Part shown: positions 51,921-61,103 of the stretch, piece by piece | Position numbering within the stretch: position 1 is the first letter of the stretch | Layout: each line of letters starts with the position of its first letter | NCBI GenBank assembly: GCA_963826115.1 | Contig: CAWGVS010000003.1 | Span: forward strand, 67,926 to 131,925 | From: an uncultured Candidatus Rokubacteria bacterium | GTDB taxonomy: Bacteria; Methylomirabilota; Methylomirabilia; Rokubacteriales; DASRDR01 | Length of the DNA stretch: 64,000 bases | Direction of reading: 5' to 3' | Notes under the pieces: model-generated | Told to the model about the DNA's origin: nothing | Database searches by the model: none | What the model saw: only the letters and a program-made list of their open reading frames with translations | Translations under genes and position numbers: made by a program

Positions 51921-53456
51921 GTGGCCAACAGCTCGACCGCGCAGGAGCCGCGCCGCGGCGGCACGCTGACGGTGATCACGCCGTCGGACGTCTCCACGTT
52001 CGACCCTCATCCGGCGGTCGGCTTCTCCGTCCGGGTGTTCGCGAACATCTACGAGCCGCTCTTCCGGAAGGACGAGAAGGGCGTGCTCACCGGACACCTC
52101 GCCCAGTCCTGGCGCTTCCTCGATCCGACGAAGCTCCAGATCACGCTGCGGAAGGGCGTGAAGTTCCACAGCGGCAACGAGCTGACCGCCGAGGACGTCA
52201 AGTTCACGTACGAGCGGCAGCTGAACCCCGCCGACCTCGCGCGCGACGCGGCGGTCATCAAGATGCTCAAGACGCCGATCCAGGTGGTGGACCGGTACAC
52301 GCTGATCCTGGAGACGCGCGAGCCGAACGCCGCGATGGTGGACACCCTGGCCCAGTCGCTGGCGACCCTGATCCCCGACTCCGCCGAGATCAAGAAGTGG
52401 GGGAAGGACTACGGGCTCCACCCGTCCGGGACCGGCCCCTTCAAGTTCGTCGAGTGGGTGCGCGGGCAGCACATCAAGCTCGCCCGGAACGCCGACTACT
52501 GGAACGGCCCGCCCTACGTCGACTTCCTCGTGTTCAAGGTGGTGCCCGAGGAGGCGACGCGGGTGCTGGCGCTGGAGAGCGGCGAGGCGGACGTGCTCTA
52601 CGAGACGCCCCCGAGCGCGATCGCGGGGCTGAAGAAGAACCCGAAGCTCAAGGTGAACCGGGTCCCCACGTACCGGGACGTCAACGTGCACTGGAACGCC
52701 CTGAAGGCGCCGACCGACGACGCGCGGCTCCGGCGCGCGCTCTCCCAGGCGATCGACGTGAAGAGCATCGTCGAGGAGGTCATCACCGCCGACATCGGCC
52801 AGGTCGCGACCGGGATCTTCAACCCGAGCGTCTTCGGAGCGTGCGACGTCGGCTTCCCCGTCTACAACCAGGCGCGGGCGAAGCAGGGCCTGGCCGAGCT
52901 GGGCTACAAGCCCGGCAAGGACGGGATCCTCGAGAAGGACGGGAAGCCGCTCACGCTCACGCTCGTCGTGAACCCGCAGCGCGACCCCCGGAACGGCGAG
53001 GTGGCCGAGGCGATCCAGGCCCAGCTCCGGGCGGTCGGGGTCGACATGAAGGTGAACGCGAACGAGTTCGCCACCTACATGAAGATCCTGCAGAGCCCCG
53101 AAGGCGACTACAACATGATCTTCCACGGGTACGGCGTGGCGACGGCCGACGCCGACCTGAAGGCGACCTTCTTCCTCGGCACGAACCTGCCGCCCGCCGG
53201 GCAGAACAGCCCGCGCTTCACGAGCCCCGAGCTCGACGGCCTGATCCTCGGCGCCCAGCGCGAGTCGAACAAGGACAAGCGCAAGGACCTCTACTGCAAG
53301 ATGGGCCAGCTCTACCGGGACCAGGCGCTCGGCGTGCCGCTCTACGCCTCGTTCCGCAACACGACCACGCAGGCCAACGTCCACGGCATGGTGCTCCACC
53401 CGGACGAGTGGTACACGCAGACCTACACGCGCGCGTGGCTCGGGCCGAAGCCGTAG
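51921..53456 (+). CDS. ABC transporter substrate-binding protein, family 5 (peptide/nickel/opine type); the signal peptide appears to be encoded upstream in another frame
   Basis: 511-aa intact ORF (GTG 51921). GGTLTVITPSDVSTFDPH, LARNADYWNGPPYVD and family-5 architecture. A good RBS plus the ATG at 51860 encodes MKRQISR in the -1 frame. The hydrophobic core CSGCLALACALAVA is in the ORF frame but upstream of any start (see finding). Confidence 0.8.
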   Translation: MANSSTAQEPRRGGTLTVITPSDVSTFDPHPAVGFSVRVFANIYEPLFRKDEKGVLTGHLAQSWRFLDPTKLQITLRKGVKFHSGNELTAEDVKFTYERQLNPADLARDAAVIKMLKTPIQVVDRYTLILETREPNAAMVDTLAQSLATLIPDSAEIKKWGKDYGLHPSGTGPFKFVEWVRGQHIKLARNADYWNGPPYVDFLVFKVVPEEATRVLALESGEADVLYETPPSAIAGLKKNPKLKVNRVPTYRDVNVHWNALKAPTDDARLRRALSQAIDVKSIVEEVITADIGQVATGIFNPSVFGACDVGFPVYNQARAKQGLAELGYKPGKDGILEKDGKPLTLTLVVNPQRDPRNGEVAEAIQAQLRAVGVDMKVNANEFATYMKILQSPEGDYNMIFHGYGVATADADLKATFFLGTNLPPAGQNSPRFTSPELDGLILGAQRESNKDKRKDLYCKMGQLYRDQALGVPLYASFRNTTTQANVHGMVLHPDEWYTQTYTRAWLGPKP

Positions 53457-53465
53457 GAGGGCGGC

Positions 53466-54410
53466 ATGGGCGGCGGGGGCGCCGCAGGCCTGGCCGGGTA
53501 CGTCGTCAAGCGGCTCTTGGCCATGCTGCTGCTGCTGGCGGGGGTCACCTTCATCGTCTTCGGGATGATGTACCTCGCGCCGGGCGACGTGACGACCATG
53601 ATCGCGGCGAGCAGCCCGTCGCCCGAGCAGGTCGCGGCGATCCGCCGGGACTTCGGGCTCGACCAGCCGCCCTGGACCCAGTACGGCATGTTCCTCGGCC
53701 GCCTCACCCGGGGTGACCTGGGCGATTCGTGGATCGACCGTCGCCCGGTCATGCCCCAGGTGCTGGGCGCGTTCGGCTACACCCTTCGCCTCGCCGCCGC
53801 GGCGCTGGTGCTGTCGATCGTCCTTGGCACGGTGGGGGGCGTCTGGTCCGCCCTCCGGCACCGCTCCCTGGCCGACGAGTCGATCCTGACCGTGACGCTC
53901 CTCGGCATCTCCGTGCCGGTGTTCGTGACCGGGCTCCTGCTCATCTACACCTTCGCGTTCCGGCTCGGCTGGTTCCCGACGTCGGGCGCGGGCTCGTGGC
54001 GCCACCTGGTGCTGCCGGCCTGCACCCTGGCGAGCTTCCTGATCGCCTACAACGTGCGCATGACGCGCGCGTGCATGCTCGAGGTCCTCGGCCAGGACTA
54101 CGTCCGCACCGCGCGAGCCAAGGGCGTGCGGGAGCTCTGGGTGCTGGGGCGCCACGCGCTCCGGAACGCGCTGATCCCCATGGTGACCGTCCTCGGGCTC
54201 CAGGTCGGCCTGCTCCTCGGCGGCTCGGTGATCACCGAGACCGTGTTCGCCTACCCCGGCGTGGGGCAGCTGATCGTCTCGGCGATCTCCGCGCGCGATA
54301 CGCCCCTCGTCCAGGCGTGCGTGCTGGTGACGGCCAGCGGGTTCATCCTGGTGAACCTCCTGGTCGACGTGAGCTACGTCCTGATCGATCCCCGGATCCG
54401 GCTGTCGTGA
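53466..54410 (+). CDS. ABC transporter permease (DppB/OppB type)
   Basis: 314-aa ORF with RBS GGAGGG. YVVKRLLAMLLLLAGVTFIVF, and the EAA-like loop YVRTARAKGVRE. Confidence 0.88.
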   Translation: MGGGGAAGLAGYVVKRLLAMLLLLAGVTFIVFGMMYLAPGDVTTMIAASSPSPEQVAAIRRDFGLDQPPWTQYGMFLGRLTRGDLGDSWIDRRPVMPQVLGAFGYTLRLAAAALVLSIVLGTVGGVWSALRHRSLADESILTVTLLGISVPVFVTGLLLIYTFAFRLGWFPTSGAGSWRHLVLPACTLASFLIAYNVRMTRACMLEVLGQDYVRTARAKGVRELWVLGRHALRNALIPMVTVLGLQVGLLLGGSVITETVFAYPGVGQLIVSAISARDTPLVQACVLVTASGFILVNLLVDVSYVLIDPRIRLS

Positions 54411-54444
54411 GCCCTCGAGCGACCCGACCGGCCGGCGTTCGCGG

Positions 54445-55302
54445 ATGAGCGGGACGGGGGGCACCGGCCCTCGCCGGGCCTGGCGCGCGCTGCGGCAACC
54501 GCGGGCGGCCGCCGGCGCCCTCATGCTGAGCGCGCTCCTGGTCGGCGCCCTCGGCGCGGGCTGGCTCGCGCCCCACGATCCGGCCCGCGCGGACCTGAAG
54601 CTCCGGCTCCAGCCTCCGAGCCGCGAGTACCCGCTCGGCACCGACTGGATCGGCCGCTGCCTCTTGAGCCGCCTGCTCTACGGCCTCCGCCTCACGCTCG
54701 CGGTCGGCGTGGCGACGGTCGCGGCCGGCGTGGCGGCCGGCCTGACGCTCGGCCTCGTGGCCGGCTTCTACGGCGGCCTCCCGGAGGCGATCATCATGCG
54801 GGGCACGGACCTCCTCCTAGCGTTCCCGTACTTCCTCCTCACGATCGTCTTCGTCGCCGTCCTCGGCCCGAGTCTCCTGAACGCGATGATCGCCATCGCC
54901 GCGTGGACGGCGCCTCACTACGTCCGGCTCGTCCGGTCCGTCGTGCTCACGGTGAAGACGCGGGAGTTCGTGGAGGCGGCGCGGGCGCTCGGGCGCCCCG
55001 AGCTCGGGATCCTCACGCGCCACATTCTCCCGGCCTGCGTGCCGGTCCTCGTCGTGCAGGCGGCCATCTTCTGCGCCCAGAACATGCTGATGGGCGCGAG
55101 CTTGAGCTTCCTCGGACTCGGCGCCCAACCCCCGTCGCCGGAGCTCGGCGCGATGCTGGGCGCCGGCCGCCAGTACCTCCGGGCGGCGCCCCAGGTGGTC
55201 GCCGTCCCTGCCGCGGGCATCTTCCTCGGCGTCCTCGCGTTCAACTTCCTGGGGGACGTCCTCCGGGATCACCTCGACCCGACTGCCGGGCGGACCGCGT
55301 GA
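54445..55302 (+). CDS. ABC transporter permease (DppC/OppC type)
   Basis: 285-aa ORF. PLGTDWIGRCLLSRLLYG, and EFVEAARALGRPELGILTRHILP (EAA loop). Confidence 0.88.
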   Translation: MSGTGGTGPRRAWRALRQPRAAAGALMLSALLVGALGAGWLAPHDPARADLKLRLQPPSREYPLGTDWIGRCLLSRLLYGLRLTLAVGVATVAAGVAAGLTLGLVAGFYGGLPEAIIMRGTDLLLAFPYFLLTIVFVAVLGPSLLNAMIAIAAWTAPHYVRLVRSVVLTVKTREFVEAARALGRPELGILTRHILPACVPVLVVQAAIFCAQNMLMGASLSFLGLGAQPPSPELGAMLGAGRQYLRAAPQVVAVPAAGIFLGVLAFNFLGDVLRDHLDPTAGRTA

Positions 55303-55369
55303 GCGGGCCCGCTTCGCCCAAACCGGGCCGCCGAGCCGACGGCCCGCTGACCGACCGACAGGAGCTTCA

Positions 55370-56041
55370 ATGGCCAGACTGCCGACCATCTACACGGCGC
55401 GCTCCGACGTCGACGCCGCCAATCTCGCTCGCGTGGAGAACTGGTACGCCGGGCGCCACGCCCCGGACCTGATCCGCGCGGGGTTCTACACGGCCCAGGT
55501 CTACTACTCGGATCTCGGGTCGCCCCGGATCTGCAACCTCTACGAGATTCCCGGACCCGAGCTCTTCCTCACCCAGGCGTACCGGGACGTGGCGGTCCAC
55601 GACGCCGACGGACCGGCGGTGATCGCGCTCCTCACGAGCCGCTCCAACACGATCTACGAGCAGATGCTGACGGCGAGCGTCGCCCACGGCGAAGCCGACC
55701 GCGTGGCCGCACCCGCCCTGTCCACGTGCCGGTTCGACGTGCCGGCGGCGGACGATGAGGCGCTCCTCGACTGGTACGGCGCGGAGGAGTATCCGCGGCT
55801 CCGGCGCCAGTCCGGCTTCCACGCGGGCCGGCTCTGCCGGCGGGGACCGCCCCACCCCACCGCATCCTCGCGAGATCCCCGATGGTTCGCGATCAACGAG
55901 TGGGACGGCGTGCGATCGGCGATGGCGGACGGCTCGGCCGACGACGCGGCCGCGCGCCACCGGACCCGGTTCCTCGCCCTGACGGGCTTCGCCTACAACG
56001 TGGCCCACCGCACCTTCCGCCTCGCGCGGCCGCAGGGCTGA
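55370..56041 (+). CDS. hypothetical protein with two tandem ferredoxin-like (Dabb, DUF4286/EthD-like) halves
   Basis: 223-aa ORF with RBS AGGAG. The pattern is repeated: ENWYAGRHAPDLIRAGFYTAQVY...NLYEI and LDWYGAEEYPRLRRQSGFHAGRL...FAINEW. Confidence 0.45.
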   Translation: MARLPTIYTARSDVDAANLARVENWYAGRHAPDLIRAGFYTAQVYYSDLGSPRICNLYEIPGPELFLTQAYRDVAVHDADGPAVIALLTSRSNTIYEQMLTASVAHGEADRVAAPALSTCRFDVPAADDEALLDWYGAEEYPRLRRQSGFHAGRLCRRGPPHPTASSRDPRWFAINEWDGVRSAMADGSADDAAARHRTRFLALTGFAYNVAHRTFRLARPQG

Positions 56042-56051
56042 GGGCGCCTCG

Positions 56052-56852
56052 ATGGACACGCGGTGCCCCCTGGGCGTCAACGGCGGCGAGTTCCCCCACT
56101 GGTCGGTGACGCAGATCCTGGACCTCGCGGTGCGGCTCGGGGTGGCGTTCGTCGAGCTGTCGGCGCGCCGCGTGATCGGGGCGGGGCCGGCGGCGGTCGC
56201 GGCGGAGGCGCGGCATCGCGGCCTCGGCATCCACATCGGCGCGATGGTCTCGGAGCTGCCCGACGCGTTCGTGGTCGCGCACGCCGTCGGCGCGCCCCTG
56301 ATCGTGGCGGTCGACGACGCCATCGAGCGCGCCGACCTGAGCCGGCGCGAGAGCCTCGACGCCTTCCGGCAGCTCGTCGTCGAGCTCCTGGACCGCCCGG
56401 AGCACGGCGGGATCCGGCTCGCGCTGGAGAACGCGATCGTCAAGATCACGCGCCACCCGGAGGACCTTCAGGCGGTGGTGGCCCTGGTGGGCCACCCACG
56501 CTTCGGGCTCAACTTCGACGCGGACAACTTCTACAACGCCGGCATCGAGCCCTTCCCCTACGCCTACGAGCTCCTCCGCGAGCACGTCTTCCAGGTCCAC
56601 GTGAAGGACTCGGGGCGGTACGTCGCCGAGGTGCACGGCGACTGGCGGCGCGTGCTGCACCGGGCCGGGGGCAACGTGGTGTGCCTGCCCGTGGGGACGG
56701 GCGCCGTGAACTGGACGGGGCTCATCGCGCGCTTCCAGCGGGACGGCTACCGGGGGCCCGTGTCCCTCGAGCCGCACCTCCTGCCCCACGAGATGGCGCC
56801 GGCCATGGAGGCCGACGCCGCGTTCCTGCGACGCGCGGGCTGGGTCCGCTGA
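56052..56852 (+). CDS. sugar-phosphate isomerase/epimerase (xylose-isomerase-like TIM barrel) family protein
   Basis: 266-aa ORF. LALENAI, NFDADNFYNAG, VHVKD and VSLEPH are the metal-ligand contexts of AP-endonuclease-2/xylose-isomerase-like barrels. Confidence 0.75.
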   Translation: MDTRCPLGVNGGEFPHWSVTQILDLAVRLGVAFVELSARRVIGAGPAAVAAEARHRGLGIHIGAMVSELPDAFVVAHAVGAPLIVAVDDAIERADLSRRESLDAFRQLVVELLDRPEHGGIRLALENAIVKITRHPEDLQAVVALVGHPRFGLNFDADNFYNAGIEPFPYAYELLREHVFQVHVKDSGRYVAEVHGDWRRVLHRAGGNVVCLPVGTGAVNWTGLIARFQRDGYRGPVSLEPHLLPHEMAPAMEADAAFLRRAGWVR

Positions 56853-56881
56853 GGGCCGCCCGCCCCGAGAGAGGCCAGACG

Positions 56882-57877
56882 ATGAAGAGCCGGATGCGGC
56901 TGGGCATGACGCTGCCGATCGGCGTCGGCGCGCTGGGTGACGGGAAGCCGGTGCCCTGGACCGCCTTGCGGGAGATCGCGAAGCGCGGCGAGGAGGTCGG
57001 CTTCGACACGATCATGGCGCCGGACCACCTGCTCTTCCGCCGGTCGCCGCCGGGCGACGTGATGATGGTCGACATGCCCGAGGGCAAGAGCCGGGGCATC
57101 TGGGAGGTGTGGTCCGTCCTGAGCGCGGTGGCCGAGGCGACCCGGCGCGTTCACCTCGGTACCCTCGTCGCCTGCACGGGCTTCCGCAACCCCGCGCTGC
57201 TCGCGAAGATGGCCGACACGCTGGACGAGATCAGCGGGGGCCGCGTGTTGCTCGGCCTCGGGGCCGGCTGGCACACGCCCGAGTACGAGGCCTTCGGCTA
57301 TCCCTCCGATCACCGGGTGGGCCGCTTCGAGGAGGCGCTCCAGATCATTGTCCCGCTCCTCCGGCAGGGGCGGGTCGACTTCCAGGGCCAGTACTACCAG
57401 GCCCGGCAGTGCGAGCTCCTCCCGCGCGGGCCGCGCCCGAGCGGGTTGCCCATCTTCATCGGCGCCCAGGGACCGCGGATGATGCGGCTGGTGGCCCGCT
57501 ACGCCGACAGCTTCGACGCGGACTACCAGACCGGGCCGCCGCCGGTCGTCGAGCGGCTCGGCCGCCTGGAGACCGCCTGCCGCGACGTCGGGCGCGATCC
57601 GGCGACGATCGGCCGCATGGCGGCCACGAGAGTGGCGCTGGCCGGCCCGGGAAGCGCGTCCGGCTTCCAGGTCGGCCCGGCGAAGGACGGCATCGCCCAG
57701 TTCGACCTCGCCGGCGTGCGGTTCCCGGCGCGCCTCGGCTCCGTCGAAGAGGTGGCCGCCCACCTCCGGGCATTCGAGGCGGTCGGCGTCGAGCACCTCA
57801 CGGTCAACGTCGTCGACCCTCCCGGCGTGCGCGGCATCGAGCGCTTCGCGGCCGTGATCGAGGCGCTCCGCCGGTAG
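56882..57877 (+). CDS. luciferase-like (LLM class) flavin- or F420-dependent oxidoreductase
   Basis: ATG 56882 within ORF 56063..57877. GFDTIMAPDHLLF, LLGLGAGWHTPEYEAFG and FIGAQGPRMMRLVARYAD are typical LLM segments. Confidence 0.8.
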   Translation: MKSRMRLGMTLPIGVGALGDGKPVPWTALREIAKRGEEVGFDTIMAPDHLLFRRSPPGDVMMVDMPEGKSRGIWEVWSVLSAVAEATRRVHLGTLVACTGFRNPALLAKMADTLDEISGGRVLLGLGAGWHTPEYEAFGYPSDHRVGRFEEALQIIVPLLRQGRVDFQGQYYQARQCELLPRGPRPSGLPIFIGAQGPRMMRLVARYADSFDADYQTGPPPVVERLGRLETACRDVGRDPATIGRMAATRVALAGPGSASGFQVGPAKDGIAQFDLAGVRFPARLGSVEEVAAHLRAFEAVGVEHLTVNVVDPPGVRGIERFAAVIEALRR

Positions 57878-57914
57878 GCTCGCGCCCGCCGGGCCGGCGG
57901 GCGCGTCACCCCGC

Positions 57915-59375
57915 CTAGGCGCGCTCGGCCGAGAGCGAGGCGACGTAGCGGACGGCGCCGACCCGCTCGACGACCGCGCGCGAGACGAGCTCGACGTCGC
58001 CGAGCCGGCAGCGCGCCTCGTGCCGCGCGGGCGGAGCGACCGCGGGCGGCGGCCCGGCCGCGCCTCGAAGCGCCTCGGTCAGGGCCCGGCCGTCGAGCGG
58101 TGCGTCGGTCGTCACGCCAAGGAGCCGGAGGACGGTCGGCGCGACGTCGACGTTGCCCGAGGGCGTCCCGGAGACGAGCCCCTCCCGGAAGCTCGGGCCG
58201 CTCCCGACCAGCGTGCAGCGGAGCTCCTGCGGGCTGCCGGAGCCGTGCGTGCCGAGGCCGGGCGCGCCCTCGCTGCTGTCCGCCGAGCCGGCGGCGCCCC
58301 CGGCCGGCACCGAATCCCACCGGAAGGACAGGACGATGTCGGGTGCCCGGGGCCCCGCGAGACCGACCGCCTCGGCCGGAAGCAGCCCCAGCGCGGCGCC
58401 CGCCGCGCGCCCGGCGACCAGCGCGCCCGCCCACGACTGGGCGACCAGCCAACGCGTGAAGCGCTCGAGGGCGCGCGAATCCCCGTCGCGCACGTAGAAG
58501 AGCGCGGCGCCCCCGTTCGCGGCGACGGTCACGCCGCCGGGCCGGTCGCCCGGCGGGAAGCCCGCGTCCCGCACGACGTCCTCGAGCTGGATGCGGCGGG
58601 CGATCGTCGAGTAGCCGTGGTCGGACACCACCAGCACGTCGGGCGCAACGCCTCGCGCAGCGAGCTCCCCGAGGATCCGGCCGAGCTCCGCGTCGGCGGC
58701 GTTGAGCGCCTCGACGGCGGGCCCTGAGCCGACGCCCGCCGCGTGCTGCGAGGTGTCCGGCTCGGGGAACCAGATGAGCGCGGCGTCGGGATCGACCTCG
58801 GGCACGAGGTAGCCGCGGAAGACGTCGCCGGCCCGGCGGATCCGGCCGAGCTCGGGGGACCGCTTCGGCGGCCACGGGCCGAAACGCGCCACCACGCTCG
58901 CGTGGTGCCCGCCGGGCAGCGTGAACTCGGGGTGGAGGATCGCCCCGCCGACCCGGTCGGCCCGCGGGTGCTGGACGTACGCGTTGCCGCTCGTCCCGCC
59001 CACGACGGTCCCGAAGGTGAGCCCGTGCGGGGCCAGCAGCTCGCCGAGCGTCGGCGCGAGGAGTGCGTGGCCCGTCGCCTCGGCGACCCGGCGGAGCTCG
59101 GGCTCGAGCGCCGGGATCGCCTGGTGCGCGTCCCACTCGGGAATCACCAGCGTGTTGCCGGCGAGTCCGTGGCCGCCGGGATGCCGCCCGGTCACCATGC
59201 TGGCCGCGTTCACCCGCGTGACCGTCGGAAAGACGGCATGGTGGCGGGTGAACGTGACACCGTCCCGCGCGAGGCGGTGGATGGTGGGCGTCAGCTCGGG
59301 ACCGATCTGGGACGGCTGGAGTCCGTCGAAGGCGGCGACGAGGACGCGGAGCCGGGGCCGGCGAGTCTGAGTCAT
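57915..59375 (-). CDS. alkaline-phosphatase-superfamily nucleotide pyrophosphatase/phosphodiesterase (NPP)-like protein
   Basis: 486-aa ORF. VLVAAFDGLQP, FPTVTRVNAASMVTG, DTSQH, VVSDHGYS and HGSGSP are NPP/AP metal-site contexts. Confidence 0.7.
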   Translation of the reverse strand: MTQTRRPRLRVLVAAFDGLQPSQIGPELTPTIHRLARDGVTFTRHHAVFPTVTRVNAASMVTGRHPGGHGLAGNTLVIPEWDAHQAIPALEPELRRVAEATGHALLAPTLGELLAPHGLTFGTVVGGTSGNAYVQHPRADRVGGAILHPEFTLPGGHHASVVARFGPWPPKRSPELGRIRRAGDVFRGYLVPEVDPDAALIWFPEPDTSQHAAGVGSGPAVEALNAADAELGRILGELAARGVAPDVLVVSDHGYSTIARRIQLEDVVRDAGFPPGDRPGGVTVAANGGAALFYVRDGDSRALERFTRWLVAQSWAGALVAGRAAGAALGLLPAEAVGLAGPRAPDIVLSFRWDSVPAGGAAGSADSSEGAPGLGTHGSGSPQELRCTLVGSGPSFREGLVSGTPSGNVDVAPTVLRLLGVTTDAPLDGRALTEALRGAAGPPPAVAPPARHEARCRLGDVELVSRAVVERVGAVRYVASLSAERA

Positions 59376-59392
59376 GGCGGTCGGGCACCGCG

Positions 59393-59398
59393 ATTATA
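59393..59398 (-). promoter_or_regulatory. perfect TATAAT -10 box 17 nt upstream of the NPP-like gene start (no convincing -35)
   Basis: The minus strand reads TATAAT at 59398-59393, then 17 nt without a Shine-Dalgarno to the ATG at 59375. Perfect TATAAT hexamers are rare in this GC-rich window. Confidence 0.3.
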
Positions 59399-59469
59399 CG
59401 TAGCCTCGAGGCGATCCCGCGCGCGCATGGCGCCAGCATCCACCCCGGGCGAGACGGCGCCGCGGACGG

Positions 59470-59955
59470 CTAGAAGGGCTTTGTCACCATCAGCACGATC
59501 ACGAGCCCGATCACCAGGAGCTCCCAGGCGTGCGCCGCGGCCACCACGGGATCGGCAAAAGCCGCCGCGAGGGCCGCCGTGACGCGGCCCTGGGCGCGCG
59601 CATCCTGGAGGGCCCGGTCGAACAGGCGCCCGCGCGGCAGGAACACCCCGACGATCAGCGGCACGAGGGTCAGGTACAGGACCAGCGACGCGAGGAGCCA
59701 GTTCACGGTCCCGCCCTGGAGAACGCCGAGGATCGGCCAGCCCCGGAGCCACGCCGTCAGGAGGCCGAGGACGAGCACGACGACGGAGGGCACCCGCACC
59801 ATGCGCTCGAAGCGCCCGGCGAGCGCCACCAGCGCGGTGACGGCGCCAATGTCGGAGGCTCGGGCGGCCTGGCGGAGCGTCATGCCGCGGCCGACCACTC
59901 CGATCGCCAGCCAGAACCCGGCGAGGACGTGGAGCAGGTTCAGGAGCGTCGCCAG
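59470..59955 (-). CDS. DUF2269-family integral membrane protein; probable non-canonical (CTG) start or N-terminal frameshift
   Basis: The track ORF starts at GTG 59898. The in-frame upstream codons encode the expected first helix (LATLLNLLHVLAGFWLAIG). CTG at 59955 lies 8 nt after GGAGGG. The nearest ATG (59975) is in another frame. Confidence 0.55.
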   Translation of the reverse strand: MATLLNLLHVLAGFWLAIGVVGRGMTLRQAARASDIGAVTALVALAGRFERMVRVPSVVVLVLGLLTAWLRGWPILGVLQGGTVNWLLASLVLYLTLVPLIVGVFLPRGRLFDRALQDARAQGRVTAALAAAFADPVVAAAHAWELLVIGLVIVLMVTKPF

Positions 59956-59980
59956 CGCGCCGTCCCTCCGGGCATGCCGC

Positions 59981-60961
59981 TCACCTGATGATCTTGTCCG
60001 CCTGGAAGAGCACCGACTGCGGGATCGTCACGCCGAGCTTCTGCGCGGTCTGCAGGTTGACCACCAGCTCGAACTTCATCGGCTGCTCGACCGGCAGGCT
60101 CGCCGGCTTCGCGCCCCTCAGGACGCGGTCCACATAGCGGGCACCGTCCCGGCCCTCGGTCCCGTAGCCGGGTCCGTAGGACATCATGCAGCCGTTCTCC
60201 GCGTAGTCCGAGCGCGCGCAGATCGACGGCAGCCGGCTCTCGACCGCCAGCTCGGCGATCCGCTTCTGGTTGGAGTTGGCCAGCGGGTTGAGCGTCACCC
60301 ACAGCGCGGTGTTCCGCGCCTCGACCGCCTCCTTGAACGCCGTCTCGTAGCCGTCGGCGCTGCTCACCTCCATCGAGTACAGCTGGAGGCCGAGCTCCCG
60401 CGCGCGGAGCTGACTTTCCTGCCACTGGGGCACGGAGCCCGGCGCCTTCGGGTCCCAGAGCACCGCCACCCGGGCGAGCCCCGGCAGCGTCTCCCTGAGG
60501 AGCTCGAGGCGCTTCCCGGTCAGGACGGCCGCGATGTTCGTGATCCCCGTGATGTTCCCGCCCGGCCGCGACAGGCTCTCCACCAGCCCGGCGGTCACCG
60601 GATCCGTCACGCCCATGAACACGATGGGGATCGTCGTGGTGGCGTTCCGGGCGGCGATGGCCGCGTTGGTCGTCACCGCGACGAGCACGTCCGGCTTCTG
60701 CGAGACCAGCTCGGTCGCGAGCTCGGGTAGCCGTTCGAACCCGCCGGTTTGATGGCGGTACTCCACGACGAGGTTCTGCCCCTCGACGTAGCCGAGCTCC
60801 CGCAGCCCTTGCCGGAAGGCCTCGAGCCGCGGCGCGTCGGCGGCCGCGGAGACCGCCGCGAGGTACCCCACGCGCCAGACCTTCCTCGGCTGGGCGGCCG
60901 CGGGAACGACGAGAGCCAGCAGGAGCGCGGACGCGCAGGCCAGGCGCAGCCGTCTACTCAT
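59981..60961 (-). CDS. ABC transporter substrate-binding protein (ABC_sub_bind / BMP-like family), orphan
   Basis: Start ATG 60961 (MSRRLRLACASALLLALVVPAAAQ). VGYLAAVS, GYVEGQNLVVEYR, DVLVAVTTNAA, IPIVFMGVTDPV, GGNITG and KPASLPVEQP are typical of this family. Confidence 0.8.
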   Translation of the reverse strand: MSRRLRLACASALLLALVVPAAAQPRKVWRVGYLAAVSAAADAPRLEAFRQGLRELGYVEGQNLVVEYRHQTGGFERLPELATELVSQKPDVLVAVTTNAAIAARNATTTIPIVFMGVTDPVTAGLVESLSRPGGNITGITNIAAVLTGKRLELLRETLPGLARVAVLWDPKAPGSVPQWQESQLRARELGLQLYSMEVSSADGYETAFKEAVEARNTALWVTLNPLANSNQKRIAELAVESRLPSICARSDYAENGCMMSYGPGYGTEGRDGARYVDRVLRGAKPASLPVEQPMKFELVVNLQTAQKLGVTIPQSVLFQADKIIR

Positions 60962-61103
60962 GGATGTCTCCCGCGAACGCCCGGTCTCGACCACCGCGGG
61001 CCGACGGACCGCGCGGCCCGGGCCACGACGCCCTCCGAGCCGCGAACGGGGTCACCACTTGATCGTACTTGTCCGGCGGTCCGTTGCGCCAGTCCCGCGA
61101 CGC

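Noticed and set aside
51843-54641. 932-aa minus-strand ORF and the 668-aa plus-strand ORF 51710..53716 over the ABC transporter genes
   Set aside because: Both are off-frame or antisense to the well-supported binding-protein and permease genes, and they translate to Arg/Pro/Gly-rich junk.
56882-57877. LLM oxidoreductase as methylene-H4MPT reductase (Mer), closing the C1 pathway
   Set aside because: Mer belongs to the same superfamily. However, this gene lies 27 kb away in a different, GntR-controlled operon, and I cannot see Mer-specific features by eye. Superfamily membership alone is insufficient.
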